Positions 46,601-56,508 of a DNA stretch of 64,000 nucleotides are shown here, piece by piece. This stretch comes from Amphiscolops sp. MND2022 (Eukaryota). The position numbers were made by a program, and so were the translations under genes. A model generated the notes under the pieces. That model saw only the letters and a program-made list of their open reading frames with translations. It ran no database searches and was not told the DNA's origin. Positions within the stretch are counted from its first letter, which is position 1, and each line of letters opens with the position of its first letter. The stretch lies in NCBI GenBank assembly GCA_964187785.1, contig OZ076409.1, forward strand, positions 12,278,001-12,342,000. The letters run 5' to 3'.

Positions 46601-48860
46601 ACAGCACTGAAACAATATCGACTCAACTATTTATTATCATTTCTGCGATAAAATATTATTGAAATTTGAATTATTGATCTTTTTTTCAGATCAATTTTTG
46701 TCGTGATAACGAGTAACTACTGAAAAAATCACATTTTGTTCGGCAGTGAGTATAAGCGTGAGATTTAAATTTCTCAAGCTGCCGGCAACAATTCGTTTCT
46801 CGTGCGATGGACGAGCTAGTGGTAATTGTGCTTTCGTACGCCGAGTTATTGAGATGAAGCTAAAGAGAGTTAATTATTCGTTCGCCGAGAGCTTAGCCTT
46901 CATTCAAATGCGAATGCGAAACTTCGTCTGCGCTTAGTAGTTATTTTCTTTAGTCCGAGAAGAATTAAAGGCGGTGTAAACTGGTAGTGATTAATTGTGC
47001 GCTTTATAAATGATTAAGATATGCTTCTATTATTGAACATTAAAGCCTAAAAGCAGAAATTATACTGCGCCCCGCATGTGCCATTTTGTAAACTGTGTGC
47101 ATGGTGCTAACAGACGCAGCCATCGGAATTTCCCTGCTTCGTTCAAGGACATAATGCGGAATTGCAGAGTCGAATTATGTAAGGTCGAAAAATTTGCAAT
47201 ACTATCCAGAATCGAATTGTGGCTTAATTTTATGTAGGATCGAAAGAGGTGAAAGTTTCATAACTTTAACACCCTACTTATAGTGCTCTAAATGTAGGAG
47301 TGAAGCCGAGCGATCTGCCACTAATAATAATAATCATAATAATTGATTTTATACTTGACCAGCGGCAGTTTCTGACGAACCCACTCTTTGGGCGACCTTT
47401 GAGAGGCGCAAAACGCCTCGGAAGGAAGAAGGCCAAGTCATACAACCAGTTTCGATTTCTAAATTTATCTTGAAAATATCATTTTCGATCCTGAATAATT
47501 CGAATCTGGATAATTTGATTGCAATTTTCGATTCTAAATAATTCGACTCTGGAGATTCAACTCGATGCTATACTACTCGTGTGGATAATGGGACAAAGTG
47601 CGCAATTGATATTGTTTCAGACTCAGAGAGTGACTTGCAGTCTTTGGGTTCTTCGGCAGGCGCCCCAGGAGGGGGGATGTTGCGGTCGCGGCACGTGCAG
47701 CAGATGGCGCTGATGGAGGAGACAGACTCCTACGTGAACGAGCGGGCGGCCGCCATGGAGAACATAGAGAGCACTGTGGTGGAGCTGGGCCACATCTTCT
47801 CACAGCTCGCCACCATGGTCAAGGAGCAGGACGAAATGATCGGCAGGTACTGCACACAACCCACCCCCCACATTTCTCTATCTCTTGTCCCGGCTTTTTT
47901 CTAACCCCCCACCGCCAATTTTTTGGAAAACAAGTAGAAGTGCTATAACAAAAAGATTTGAATACAAACCAGAAACCTTCAATTTTATATTTGTTTCCAT
48001 GGTTTGGAATTGAGATTGAGTTCTGACACCAGTAATTAGCGGCCGCGCACGAATTTTTGATTGATTCAAATCCGTTCGCGGTAACTAATGGAATGCCCCA
48101 ATTCAAAGTTTCCTCTGAGTATTCTCCCAGTTTTGAAATGAGTTTCAAAAATGCCGAGTCTTACCCCTTTAAAACCCCCACACAGTAAAGAAAATTCTCG
48201 CAAAACCAAATAGGTTATCATTCAATTTCGAAAGATACTTGAAGTCAAACATTTAATCGTTTGAAAAAAACTTTCAGCGAAATAGCTAAATTAGCGATTA
48301 GCGGGGAAAAAAGTAAGCGATGTCAAAACCCCTGGTTGTCATGAGCTGAATGTTTTACTTATGGAATTGGAAAATGTTGCTGTTGGCTGTGGAAATTCAA
48401 ATTATACCCTAACCCTATATAAATGCTTAATGATTGATTTTTTATGACTGAGTTTTTCCGTAACCGCTTCTCTTTCACCTAAGTACACATTTTCTGGTCA
48501 TTTTCAATCGCTTAACGTTTTCACGCATTCATGAGTTGTACATTTATTGATCCATTATCAATGTTATCTGCTTTTTGAATCCTACGAAACAATATCTCGT
48601 AACAAATGGATGACAAAAATAACAAATTGTTTGAAATAGTAATAAGTGTCTATCTGCAGTCTATCAAAGATTTTTGAATGTACTTTATTTTATGTTTTAG
48701 AATTGATCACAATGTTGAAGACAGCTTAATGAACGTGAATGCTGCCCATACAGAGATCCTCAAATACTTCCAATCAGTTTCGTCCAATCGATGGCTCATG
48801 ATCAAGGTTTTTGGGGTGCTAATTGTATTTTTCATCATTTTTGTCCTCTTTTTTGCATAA
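25414..48860 (+). CDS. STX5: Syntaxin-5 (Golgi/ER Qa-SNARE), 8 coding exons, 396 aa predicted
   Basis: Exons 25414-25665, 25940-26016, 26088-26143, 26217-26287, 43557-43736, 44235-44403, 47621-47846 and 48701-48860. All introns are GT-AG with consistent phases; total 1191 nt. Motifs RDRSSEF, KLEKLTMLAKRKTLFDDKPLEIQELTYIIKQDLNSLN, IESTVVELGHIFSQLATMVKEQ, AHTEILKYFQSVSSNRWLMIKVFG + TM tail. Confidence 0.96.
25940..26016 (+). CDS. STX5: Syntaxin-5 exon 2
   Basis: tttag|MLNGTTRGNGAARTIQERTHFTKLA(K)|gtgagt. Confidence 0.88.
26088..26143 (+). CDS. STX5: Syntaxin-5 exon 3
   Basis: ctctag|KVGKDLASTCVKLEKLTM|gtaagt. Confidence 0.92.
26217..26287 (+). CDS. STX5: Syntaxin-5 exon 4
   Basis: tttcag|(L)AKRKTLFDDKPLEIQELTYIIKQ|gttagt. 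Confidence 0.95.
27061..27941. repeat. Long direct repeat, left copy (~881 bp)
   Basis: Matches 40899-41776, with roughly 20 substitutions and 2 small indels counted by eye. Confidence 0.95.
28233..29097 (+). mobile_element. Non-autonomous Helentron-type (HINE/DINE-1-like) element with internal 172-bp tandem array
   Basis: T-run + subTIR AGGAGTCGG (28238-46)/CCGACTCCT (29065-73), 3' hairpin CCGCATATGCGG (29077-88) and TTT end. About 4-5 copies of a 172-bp unit. Confidence 0.8.
29429..30672 (-). pseudogene. Helitron-like element ORF3, unknown function (Cys cluster, Ser/Thr-rich tail)
   Basis: ORFs 30127-30681 and 29429-30085 are joined through a stop and frameshift containing FCDGQ..LCGC. 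The C-terminal part has VNFINDNGCFRIHGWLKP. Confidence 0.65.
31452..31557. repeat. 106-bp exact copy of 30515-30620
   Basis: Identical by eye; contains the perfect palindrome TCTTCTTCACGTGAAGAAGA. Confidence 0.9.
31668..39264 (-). pseudogene. Rep-helicase polyprotein: Cys-rich N-terminus, HUH Y2 Rep, Pif1-family SF1 helicase, C-terminal GIY-YIG nuclease
   Basis: Rep motif 1 PNYFTTHTCN, motif 2 YEFQTTTGNLPHIHAVIW, motif 3 RYIAKYAAG. Helicase GRPGSGKT, LFDEFGML, PFGGILCLLSGDPNQLPP, RRTQFPL, STIHKAIG, LSRV. GIY-YIG YILVS..VYVGET..L..HNAGQGALFT..RRPW. Broken by stops, frameshifts and one insertion. Confidence 0.92.
33077..33603 (+). mobile_element. HINE-like element (family B) inserted in the helicase
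   Basis: subTIR TATTTCTGCTTTA (33080-92)/TAAAGCAGAAATA (33564-76), 3' hairpin GCCCCGGAGGGGC, T-rich ends, no TSD. Excision restores the frame GTSVW-INPSML. Confidence 0.85.
39987..40484 (-). CDS. Helitron-like element ORF1, SGNH/GDSL esterase-like
   Basis: MLKFNVIGASSL, PGMAF, IIIWHDAINNSLS and TTVAHPNKNLEIK. A basic tail (GKRRIAGKNSPSKRK) follows the TGA, so the stop may be premature. Confidence 0.6.
   Translation of the reverse strand: MLKFNVIGASSLDGIKHSLGVTKDELKQIKSEPGMAFTSNVAGHPNKNLMYALKNADFKNNRPIIIWHDAINNSLSNFKESSALTKKGLKDLLDECRAYGVVAFLFFRRNDSVIDLGSCLPDVSPPGIIYLDMKRYLPPEYKCFDTTVAHPNKNLEIKCFEILQQ
40662..40834. repeat. Three 21-bp hairpin repeats AGGCCGAGYATWRCTCATGCC
   Basis: Copies at 40662-82, 40764-84 and 40814-34. 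Confidence 0.9.
40899..41776. repeat. Long direct repeat, right copy (~878 bp)
   Basis: Matches 27061-27941 (offset 13835-13838). Confidence 0.95.
41894..43444 (+). mobile_element. HINE-like element (family A), long 1.55-kb copy
   Basis: TTTTT-AGTCGGCGC (41899-907)...GCGCCGACT (43415-23), hairpin AGACG-TTCC-CGTCT and GTTT end. Confidence 0.8.
43557..43736 (+). CDS. STX5: Syntaxin-5 exon 5
   Basis: tgcag|DLNSLNQQIAQL...HASTVVAALQTRLANLSTDFKSALDIRTE|gtaa. Confidence 0.95.
43898..44196. mobile_element. hAT-like MITE
   Basis: Imperfect TIR CAGAGTTTTGAGACCGCTAAT / ATTAGCGATGTCAAAACTCAG. The 8-bp flanks GTCGTTTG/GGTGTTTG match at 6 of 8. A related copy lies at ~48018-48334. Confidence 0.65.
44235..44403 (+). 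CDS. STX5: Syntaxin-5 exon 6
   Basis: tttag|NLKASKTRKDNFS...AINIPA|gtaac. Confidence 0.9.
44454..44940 (+). mobile_element. HINE-like element (family A)
   Basis: TTTTTAGTCGGCGC...GAGCCTTAGATATGGCGCCGACTTGGTCCGTTCCCGGCTTGTTTT. Confidence 0.8.
46081..46484 (+). mobile_element. HINE-like element (family A)
   Basis: Same AGTCGGCGC/GCGCCGACT subTIRs; 3' hairpin partly deleted. Confidence 0.75.
46640..47088 (+). mobile_element. HINE-like element (family B)
   Basis: Shares TTTTGTTCGGCAGTGAG...CATTCAAATGCGAATGCGAAACTTCGTCT...AAAGCAGAAAT with 33077-33603. Left boundary approximate. Confidence 0.7.
47621..47846 (+). CDS. STX5: Syntaxin-5 exon 7 (SNARE motif)
   Basis: tttcag|...DSYVNERAAAMENIESTVVELGHIFSQLATMVKEQDEMIG|gtac. 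Confidence 0.93.
48018..48334. mobile_element. Second copy of the hAT-like MITE
   Basis: AATTAGCGGCCGCGCA and GCGATGTCAAAAC are shared with 43898-44196. Confidence 0.55.
48701..48860 (+). CDS. STX5: Syntaxin-5 exon 8 (SNARE end + TM anchor)
   Basis: ttttag|IDHNVEDSLMNVNAAHTEILKYFQSVSSNRWLMIKVFGVLIVFFIIFVLFFA*. Confidence 0.96.
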
Positions 48861-49336
48861 TTTAAAGGCAGCCATGCAACCCAGTAGCATCAGCGCCCAC
48901 AGTACTACTACCTCTCCTCAGGTGGCTTGACCTTTGACCCTTTGTGCTTCTGTTCTTCTGAGTTCCTTCGCTTGTGCGGGACGTGTGACGTAACAATGAC
49001 TCAATGTGCTGACGATCTGTCTTAAGAAACATTATCATGTACAGTCGAGAGATATTCATGTGCTTCAATTGCAATTTTATTTTTATCGAGTTTAAATTGA
49101 ATTGAATCTATTGGTGAAATGTATAAAGATTCAGAATAAATGTTATGGGAAACGTACATTTTTTCTTTCAAGTCATAAAAAGTATGATGTTCGAAGTTGA
49201 ACATATATGACTGCTTAGTTAAGGGCAGTTTGACATGGAAACAATTCCGGTCGATTTCTAATTGTGAAACAGTTTGAATTCAATGTGCTTGATGCCGAAC
49301 AAAACCAACATATTAGCCTGATTAATGCGTTGTTAG

Positions 49337-50640
49337 TTGACGTATTTGCGACCACAAATACACCCAAAACAATTTGGGTTTCAGTCAAAGAAGAATTCTG
49401 TCTTACAATTGATAGATTATATTGAACACGCCCATAAAATGAAGGGTCTAGTAACTTATACAGTGTATCTTGACTACGAAAAGGCTTTCGACAAAGTTCC
49501 CCATAATATCCTCTTGAGTAAGCTACGCAAATTTGGTTTGGATTTAAGTTTCGTTGCACTATTGTCGAGTTACCTAGATGGCAGAACTCAATCTGTCAAA
49601 ATTTACAATGATGTATCTGAATCCATCACCGTTGTTAGCGGAGTTCCCCAGGGATCAGTTCTCGGACCTTTGCTCTTTCTCCTTTTTATCAACGACTTAC
49701 CTTCTATTTTTCTGGATTCAATTCCGTGGTTGTTTGCCGATGATTTGAAATTATTATTTAATTCACTTCACTTAATTTTCATGATGATCTGGCAAGGCTT
49801 TCAAATTGGAATATTATGAATGGCATGATAGCAAATCAAATCAAAACCAAATGTTTAACTCTCGCTGGCAAACCGGTGGTTTACTTAAACTCACCACAGC
49901 CGTTGGAAAATGTGCAACTGCATAAAGACCTGGGTATTTTTATAGCTAGTGACTTGAAATGGCCCAATCATGTAAAGATTCAACTTGCTAAAGCACGCAA
50001 AGCATTCTATTCACTAAAGTATCGTATTCCTTTCAACACTCCCTCTAAAACCAAGTTGAACTTGTATTCTTCATTTGTTTTACCAATTCTTCTGTACGGA
50101 ATCCCTGCTTGGCATCCAGATATAACGCGAATGAAAGAATTAGAATTGTTCCAAAAATTCTGTTTCCCATTGGATTTTTGGCACCAAAGAAAGATATGAA
50201 CAACAATTGAAAAAGTACAAATTTCTCCCTCTCTGTTAGCGAATTGAGCTACTTACCTTTTCGATGATTTCCAAAATGATCTGCCAACAATATTTGTATG
50301 ACTTTGCTGCTCATTGACTTTCGTGTGTATGATCGTGATTTCAGATGTCAAGCTACTAGCCTATTCACCTGCAAATATTCCTCAGTGGCTCATCAGGAAT
50401 CATTCTTCTCCAGAGCGGCTGAAATTGCAAACTTTTTATATCGCCATAAGATAATTACTGGGTTTGATCCGGAAAATATACTTGTTGTGAAAGAATACTT
50501 GATGATGAAAAATTTCAACCTTGATGTCGTTTGCTCACATTATATTTGCTGTGCATGCTATTCATGTAAATATAGTAGGAGTGTTTGTTGACTATTTTGG
50601 TTTCTTTCAAGGAGAATTTAAGTCTTTCTCTCTCTCTATG
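49337..50640 (+). pseudogene. 5'-truncated CR1/L2-like LINE (RT to C-terminus)
   Basis: QFGF, YLDYEKAFDKVPH, GVPQGSVLGPLLF, FADD, KDLGIF and C-terminal CSHYICCACYSC. Frameshifted; short (CT)n at the 3' end. Confidence 0.9.
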
Positions 50641-52389
50641 TCTTGGAAATAGAAACTTTTTGACGGAAGAAACTTTAACAGAAACTTTTTGACGAGGTAA
50701 AAACCCAATGCAAATACTTTTAAAACATTTGAACGTTTTCTCTGCTTCAAAGTCTGGTATCAAGCTGAAAAAGTAAAACGAAATTCGTCATGCTCTGAGT
50801 CGAATGATTCGAACAGCAAATAAGAAGTATAGAAACTTTTGAATTGAGTTGAAAAGAAAAGCTCATAAGCATCGGAAGAACACTTCCACCACATTGCGTA
50901 GCAAAAATGGAAAAGGTTGATCGAATATCTTGGTTGTTGCATAAAGGCGACAAAGGACTCTGCGATTGAGAAAATCATGTCTAGCTAAACATGATGCTTT
51001 TAAAAATAGAAAACTGTAAATAATGAAGAAGCTATGGTTTCAAACCTACTTTTCTAAAAGCCGAGGCTAAAAAATACACGACTGAGAGAAAAAGAAAAAT
51101 CCGTCGAATATAGACTGGGATTCAATTTCGTGGTTTTTGATTGAAAAACTCATGCTTCACGCGTTATTGTTCGCCACACTTGTCGAAAAAACGTTTCTAG
51201 GTGTGCGATCAGGACTAATCATGCTAGAATGAAAAATTTGTGTGAAAATCAGTAATTTTGAAACCTTCATTGAAGCTTTTACACTAGCACGCTCATCAGT
51301 TTTTGAGAGCCCTAGAAAAAAATTACTGCCCAGGAATGTAGCTTAAAAAATGGTCTCGAATCATTTAAACGCAAAAAAAACTTTTTTGTCTCACTGCCCA
51401 AAAGCGTGTTTCCGGTTTATGGTTGGCTTAAAGTACAAAATGAATTAGCCTATTTTTAAATCCCTTCTTGGACTTCTCGGCTTTTAAGTTGCTGAAAAGA
51501 TGAATGAGCTTTGAACAGCTAAATGCCGGCGCCCTGCTAAAGCTCAGAAATTTTTTTAAAAAATTTCTAACGAAAGTTGCAGTAACGACGGTGATTTTGC
51601 GTCAAATCAACTTTTTCTAGCTTGAAAATCTTTCTGGGGCAACAATGACTGTTTCAGAAGGAAAAAATACAAAAGTAATTTACTACCGGGTCGAATAGTT
51701 TGTGGATAAATATCTCTTACAACTGAAACTTTGGAATAGCGCTGATTAAAAAACGAATTTTAGACCTTCAAACTGCATTGCTGAAAAACTTCAGAACAGA
51801 ATACTATAATTGAAAAAACTTCACAAAACTTGATTGTTTTCGAAGCAGGCCTGGAATCATGGACACCATAAAACAGGATGAACTACTTTAAGCGTAAAAA
51901 ACCAAATTGAACTCACAATGATCGAGGACTGTTCTCATAGAAAACAATCAGTTTCTTTAGCAAAAACTTCACTCTTCAAATGATAGTAATAGCAATAGCA
52001 AAAATCTCTACAAAGGAAATGAACAAGCAAATTATTTATGCAACCACACTTCTGCTGAAAAATCATACCAAAATTAGTCAAAAATATGTAATTTTTGATG
52101 GCCTCCAAAAAATTTGGAAGCCTGAGAAAATCATCAGAATACCAAGTAAGCACCAACGAAGGTTTGTCAATTTTCACAACAGTTTTCCCTCGTGCACGAT
52201 AACCATTGAAGCGAAAAGGCGTTTCGGCGTTTTCTGAGACACCACATAGAATTTCAAATGGGACCGATGGTATTTTCTTCGTACATAATTGGCATTGGAA
52301 TATTCATTTTGTATTTTCTTCCCAAAAATGAGCGGTAATCTTGACACCTATAATGGTTGTTACTTTGTCAGCGTAACACAACACCCGAC

Positions 52390-52924
52390 GAGATCAAGGG
52401 GTCCACTCCATTTTTTTTGGGACTGTGAAACTTTTTTTGAATTTTTTTTAATGTCTTCAAAGGCCACCCCTTCAATTTTTGTGATATTTTGCAACAGAAT
52501 GCATGCTTAACAAGACGCCCGCTAAGCACCGGGATATTTTCCGCGACACGCTTATTGCAAAAATGTATGGTGAAGGAGAGGATCGAACCCACGACCTACT
52601 GGCTGGGAAACACGAAAAAATTTGAAGCACCAGCCCGGGTTCGAACCCACGACGTACTGGCTGGGAAAGCAATGAGTGAAGTGCACTTCACTACATGGAG
52701 TGGAGATAAATTGGAGTTTTGGCAGAATTTGTAAAAAAAAACGCGTCACAGATCATGATTTTCCTCCCCCATTTATGTGGGCGGAAAATAAAAAGCCCAA
52801 ATGGTCCCCCCTTTCAGCGCGCCTGCTCGTTCATCCTTTGGATTTTTCGGGTACTGTGGAAGACAACTTGACACCTTTTGAGCTTCAAGCAGGGCGCCGA
52901 CGTATGATGTTCCCGGCTTGTTTT
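52390..52924 (+). mobile_element. Degenerate HINE-like element (family A) with tRNA-like inserts
   Basis: 3' end GGGCGCCGACGTATGATGTTCCCGGCTTGTTTT; 5' end not identified. Confidence 0.5.
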
Positions 52925-53115
52925 CATTCACCATCTTCTGGACGCAGTAGTCGTCGGGAATATTTTTCACCCATATAGGCTATATAAGTCGTCCTCGAGT
53001 GCCAGTCATTTGCATCACATTTGAAAACATGACGAATGAATAAATTTGATTCAGACTAGGCTAAGACCGCAGATAGTTTACGTGAAATTATAGAAAGCTG
53101 AAACGTTTCATACTT

Positions 53116-53541
53116 AACGAGACGGGAATGTCCAAAGTCGGCGCCATATCTCAAGCTCAAAAAGCGCAAATTTGAAATATGCGTAGGACGTTTTCATGAA
53201 AAACTCCTGTTATCAGACCGTTTATATCCGGATATTACGAGCGCGGACTTCAATAAAATCGAAGGGGGACCCTTTGAAAACAAAAAAATTAAAATTTTCG
53301 AAAAAAAGTCTCACAGCGCCGAAAAAATTGAAAGGGGGACCCTTTAGTCTCATCTGGTTTTCTATGTTACGTTTAAAAAGTAAAAACTGAAAGAGGGGAC
53401 CCTTTGCGATAGCTTAGATGCGTTTCCCAGGTATTCGTTTAGTTGAACAAACTGAACAAAAATTTCGTCGCTTCGAGTCTGTCTTAAATAAACGAGTGAC
53501 TGTTATAGTCGGGCTCTTTTAATAATAAAAGCGCCGACTAA
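53116..53541 (-). mobile_element. HINE-like element (family A)
   Basis: AACGAGACGGGAATGTCCAAAGTCGGCGCCATATC...GCGCCGACTAA. Confidence 0.75.
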
Positions 53542-54738
53542 CAACAAAAGTGGGTTTTAATGAAGCAAGACTCGGAACCTCATTCTACAGCTTAAATCAT
53601 CATTTTTAAGCAAACGTTGATTTAGTCTTCAGTTCCAAAAAAGCTCGAACAAATGAGAATCATTTTCCTCAAAACTTTATCTTGAAACTTTGATTTGATT
53701 TGAGTATCAGAACTTTATCGGCATACCATTTTTAAGTGCCATTTGCGATTTTGGGTTTTATTCAATGGTCCAAAAATGAAAGCTACCTTAGAACCAATTA
53801 GGTATTCTGAGAAGTCTTCAAAATGTGTTGTAACTTGTAACAACCATGTTAAAGAGTTAAGATGCTAATACTCAATTATGCTCGATAATGTATCAAACGT
53901 TAGCTGATCATCGTTATTATTACAGACCTGTGGTTAAAAAAATTGAACCCCTGTTTGGTAATGAAGTTTGGGAAGCCTAATGATTTTGGGTTTTTTGAAA
54001 AGTGTCAATTTCGTCAAAATATCATGATAGAACCAAAAGTTTCTTCAATTTTCGTCTAGTTTGCATTACTCTAATTTGGAAGTTTTGTCACCAGTATGAG
54101 ACAAGTTTGCAAATAAAAGTTTTCACATGAAATGTATTAGAAATCCTGTTGCAGAAATTAAAAAAGAAGCTAGTCATCACTTATAATGAGCTTGAACAGG
54201 TTAGCAGGTACTTAGCTGTTGGGCATTTCTAAAGTTTTACTCACAAATACAGTTTTCATTAGTTTATATTCATGATAAGTTGAACTTAATTTTTTTGACT
54301 TGATTTTGAACTGCTCGGCTTTGTATGATTGAAAATTTCCAGTGATCGATTTTCACTGGCGCCATTTTCAAACTTAAAACAACTTTCGTTAGTCCAAAAA
54401 CTGCCGCTTCCTTTCATCGCATTGTTATGACGCAAAATAATATAGATCTCAGCCTTATAGCGGTCATCGGACAATCGACTGACTGTTTTCAAAAATCTTT
54501 ATCGTAACTATTCAGTAATTACAATAGTATATCTCAGGAAACTTTTCCCGGTCACTAAGCTTAGTGTGATAATCATCATTAAAAAAGTTGTTTTTGAAAA
54601 TATAAATGATTCGAAAAAATAAATTTAAAAGCATTTTAGTGTTTCAAAACACATAATTATCTAATTTAATTTCTTCAAAAAGAAAACAGCACTTTTGGTT
54701 CATACAAGAAAAACATAGCAAAGTTGAATGAAAGTTTT

Positions 54739-56508
54739 TTACGATTGGTTTGAAAACCACAAAGCTAGCCATTCTTTACATTTTGTTATTGACTGCTCTC
54801 TGATTTGTCTCTGTGACTCATCAATAGGCTCCTCTTCTTCTTTACTGGACGTTGCGGATTTTGTGTCCTCCGGGTTCCAGGGTCGTTGCCACTCCCCTTC
54901 GAACCTGCTGTCGTAGAACCCTGATTGGACCCTGTTTTTGTGTTCAGTTTTTGAATTGCTACCACTTTTGTCAACATCGGTTTTGGTTTTCAACCGTTCG
55001 ATTTCTTTTAATTTGGCACTCGTTTTCTCAAGTTTCTGGCTATTCTGGGGATTTGACCTTTTGGCCGCGTTCCCATTCTGCTGTTGCTTAGCATCGTTGC
55101 CTTGAGAAGCAGAGTTTCTTCGTTTGTTTTTGGGGCTGTTTGTGACATTGGCAAGAGGAAGTTTGGGGATGACAATTGTACGGTTTTTGGAATCATGGAA
55201 CTTTGAGTTTGGAATCTGCGTATGGACACCTGAATGACTAAGAGGCTCAACTAGTTTGGTAGGAATGGGGGTTGCAGAGTTCATGCGGTTCCCGTTGGCA
55301 CGACTGAAGCTCTTGTCAATGTTGCGACTTTCTCGGGTAATGTTGTGAGAACCCGAAGTTTGTCGGTTTTTCGAGGCAAGATGCCGCATAGGTGACACCG
55401 ATTTTGGCCTCATTGGAGACGAGCGATCAGAATTGGCGTTGGCTACCCCATTGACGTCGATAAAGGACTTCCTCGGCGCACTAGTGTTGAATGCGAGGAC
55501 GTTTCTCTGTTGATTTAAATTCTTTATTCCAGGGTCCGGAGAAATCATGGGCTTGACAGTTCCATGTTTGCTATTTTGCAAACAGGAGGAAAAGTATCGT
55601 TGCCGGCACTTCGCGCATGATGGAAGATTAGCGTAAAGTTCATGGCTTGTGAAATTGAAAGTGGAATGTGACTTCGATTTTGATTGGCTCTTGTTTGATG
55701 ACGTCATTGCTTGTTTTGATGATTTTTTGTGGTGGTTGCAGTGAATGGCATGGATGGCATCCAGTTCAACTCCCATCCTGCTTGTAATTTTCCTCAGCTC
55801 CGATCTGTAGGAGGCCTCCAGAGGGTTGTATATTCTATCCCTATCAGATAAAAGTGGTCTCCCATCCATTCTTGGAGTATCGCCTTTGTGTGACGTCATA
55901 GACGCCTCAAACTTTGGTTTCGATTCCGACTCAGTTTTGAGGCTGAAACTGAGGTCTTGGTTGTCAGTTACACTGTTCGCGATTGGCAATTCTTCTTCAA
56001 AAGCACTTGATAGCCTTTCTTGAGACGTGGCGGCAAAAGAGTTTTGCAGAGCTCCGTTTACTTGAAGTAGGTGGCTTTCTTGGTTTCCGGACTTTTCCAG
56101 ACTAGTTCCATTTGCTGCGCCACCTGCGTTTGATGCAGTTTCGTCAGTAGCCAACCCCATATCCAGAAGTGCCATTTGGGCTTCCTGTGACATCTTCCGA
56201 CTGATGGCTGACTTTAATCTTGAATGGGGTCTTTCTGGCATACTACTAAGCTTGGTAGAATTTCGTCTTCCATTTACCTCTTTTTCATCTTCCACAACTT
56301 TGGATACTTCCAGGGACTCAGCGAACTGCTTGTTCTCAGATGACTTTCCATTCAAGTAACTTATCCAGGCATCCACGGACAAATTGGGTTTATCAGAAGT
56401 TGCACCCTGTTGCATGCTAGGCACACCGCAGACCCTGTTCCCAACGAATGACTCGCACCTTCGATAGATACCCAGGGGCCTAGTAGGTCTAGTAATACAA
56501 GTAAACAA
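54739..56508 (-). CDS. Uninterrupted 589-codon ORF, Ser/Asn/Lys-rich protein of unknown function (single-exon gene or large terminal exon)
   Basis: Long open frame in otherwise stop-rich DNA with no TE motifs. First ATG at ~56415. Short structured motifs PSCAKCRQRY and C-terminal ITKCKEWL. Confidence 0.75.
   Translation of the reverse strand: MFTCITRPTRPLGIYRRCESFVGNRVCGVPSMQQGATSDKPNLSVDAWISYLNGKSSENKQFAESLEVSKVVEDEKEVNGRRNSTKLSSMPERPHSRLKSAISRKMSQEAQMALLDMGLATDETASNAGGAANGTSLEKSGNQESHLLQVNGALQNSFAATSQERLSSAFEEELPIANSVTDNQDLSFSLKTESESKPKFEASMTSHKGDTPRMDGRPLLSDRDRIYNPLEASYRSELRKITSRMGVELDAIHAIHCNHHKKSSKQAMTSSNKSQSKSKSHSTFNFTSHELYANLPSCAKCRQRYFSSCLQNSKHGTVKPMISPDPGIKNLNQQRNVLAFNTSAPRKSFIDVNGVANANSDRSSPMRPKSVSPMRHLASKNRQTSGSHNITRESRNIDKSFSRANGNRMNSATPIPTKLVEPLSHSGVHTQIPNSKFHDSKNRTIVIPKLPLANVTNSPKNKRRNSASQGNDAKQQQNGNAAKRSNPQNSQKLEKTSAKLKEIERLKTKTDVDKSGSNSKTEHKNRVQSGFYDSRFEGEWQRPWNPEDTKSATSSKEEEEPIDESQRQIREQSITKCKEWLALWFSNQS

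Noticed and set aside
47372..47400. Active hammerhead ribozyme
   Set aside because: CTGACGA and a stem II are present but the essential GAAA reads GACC and no stem III/UH site is evident.
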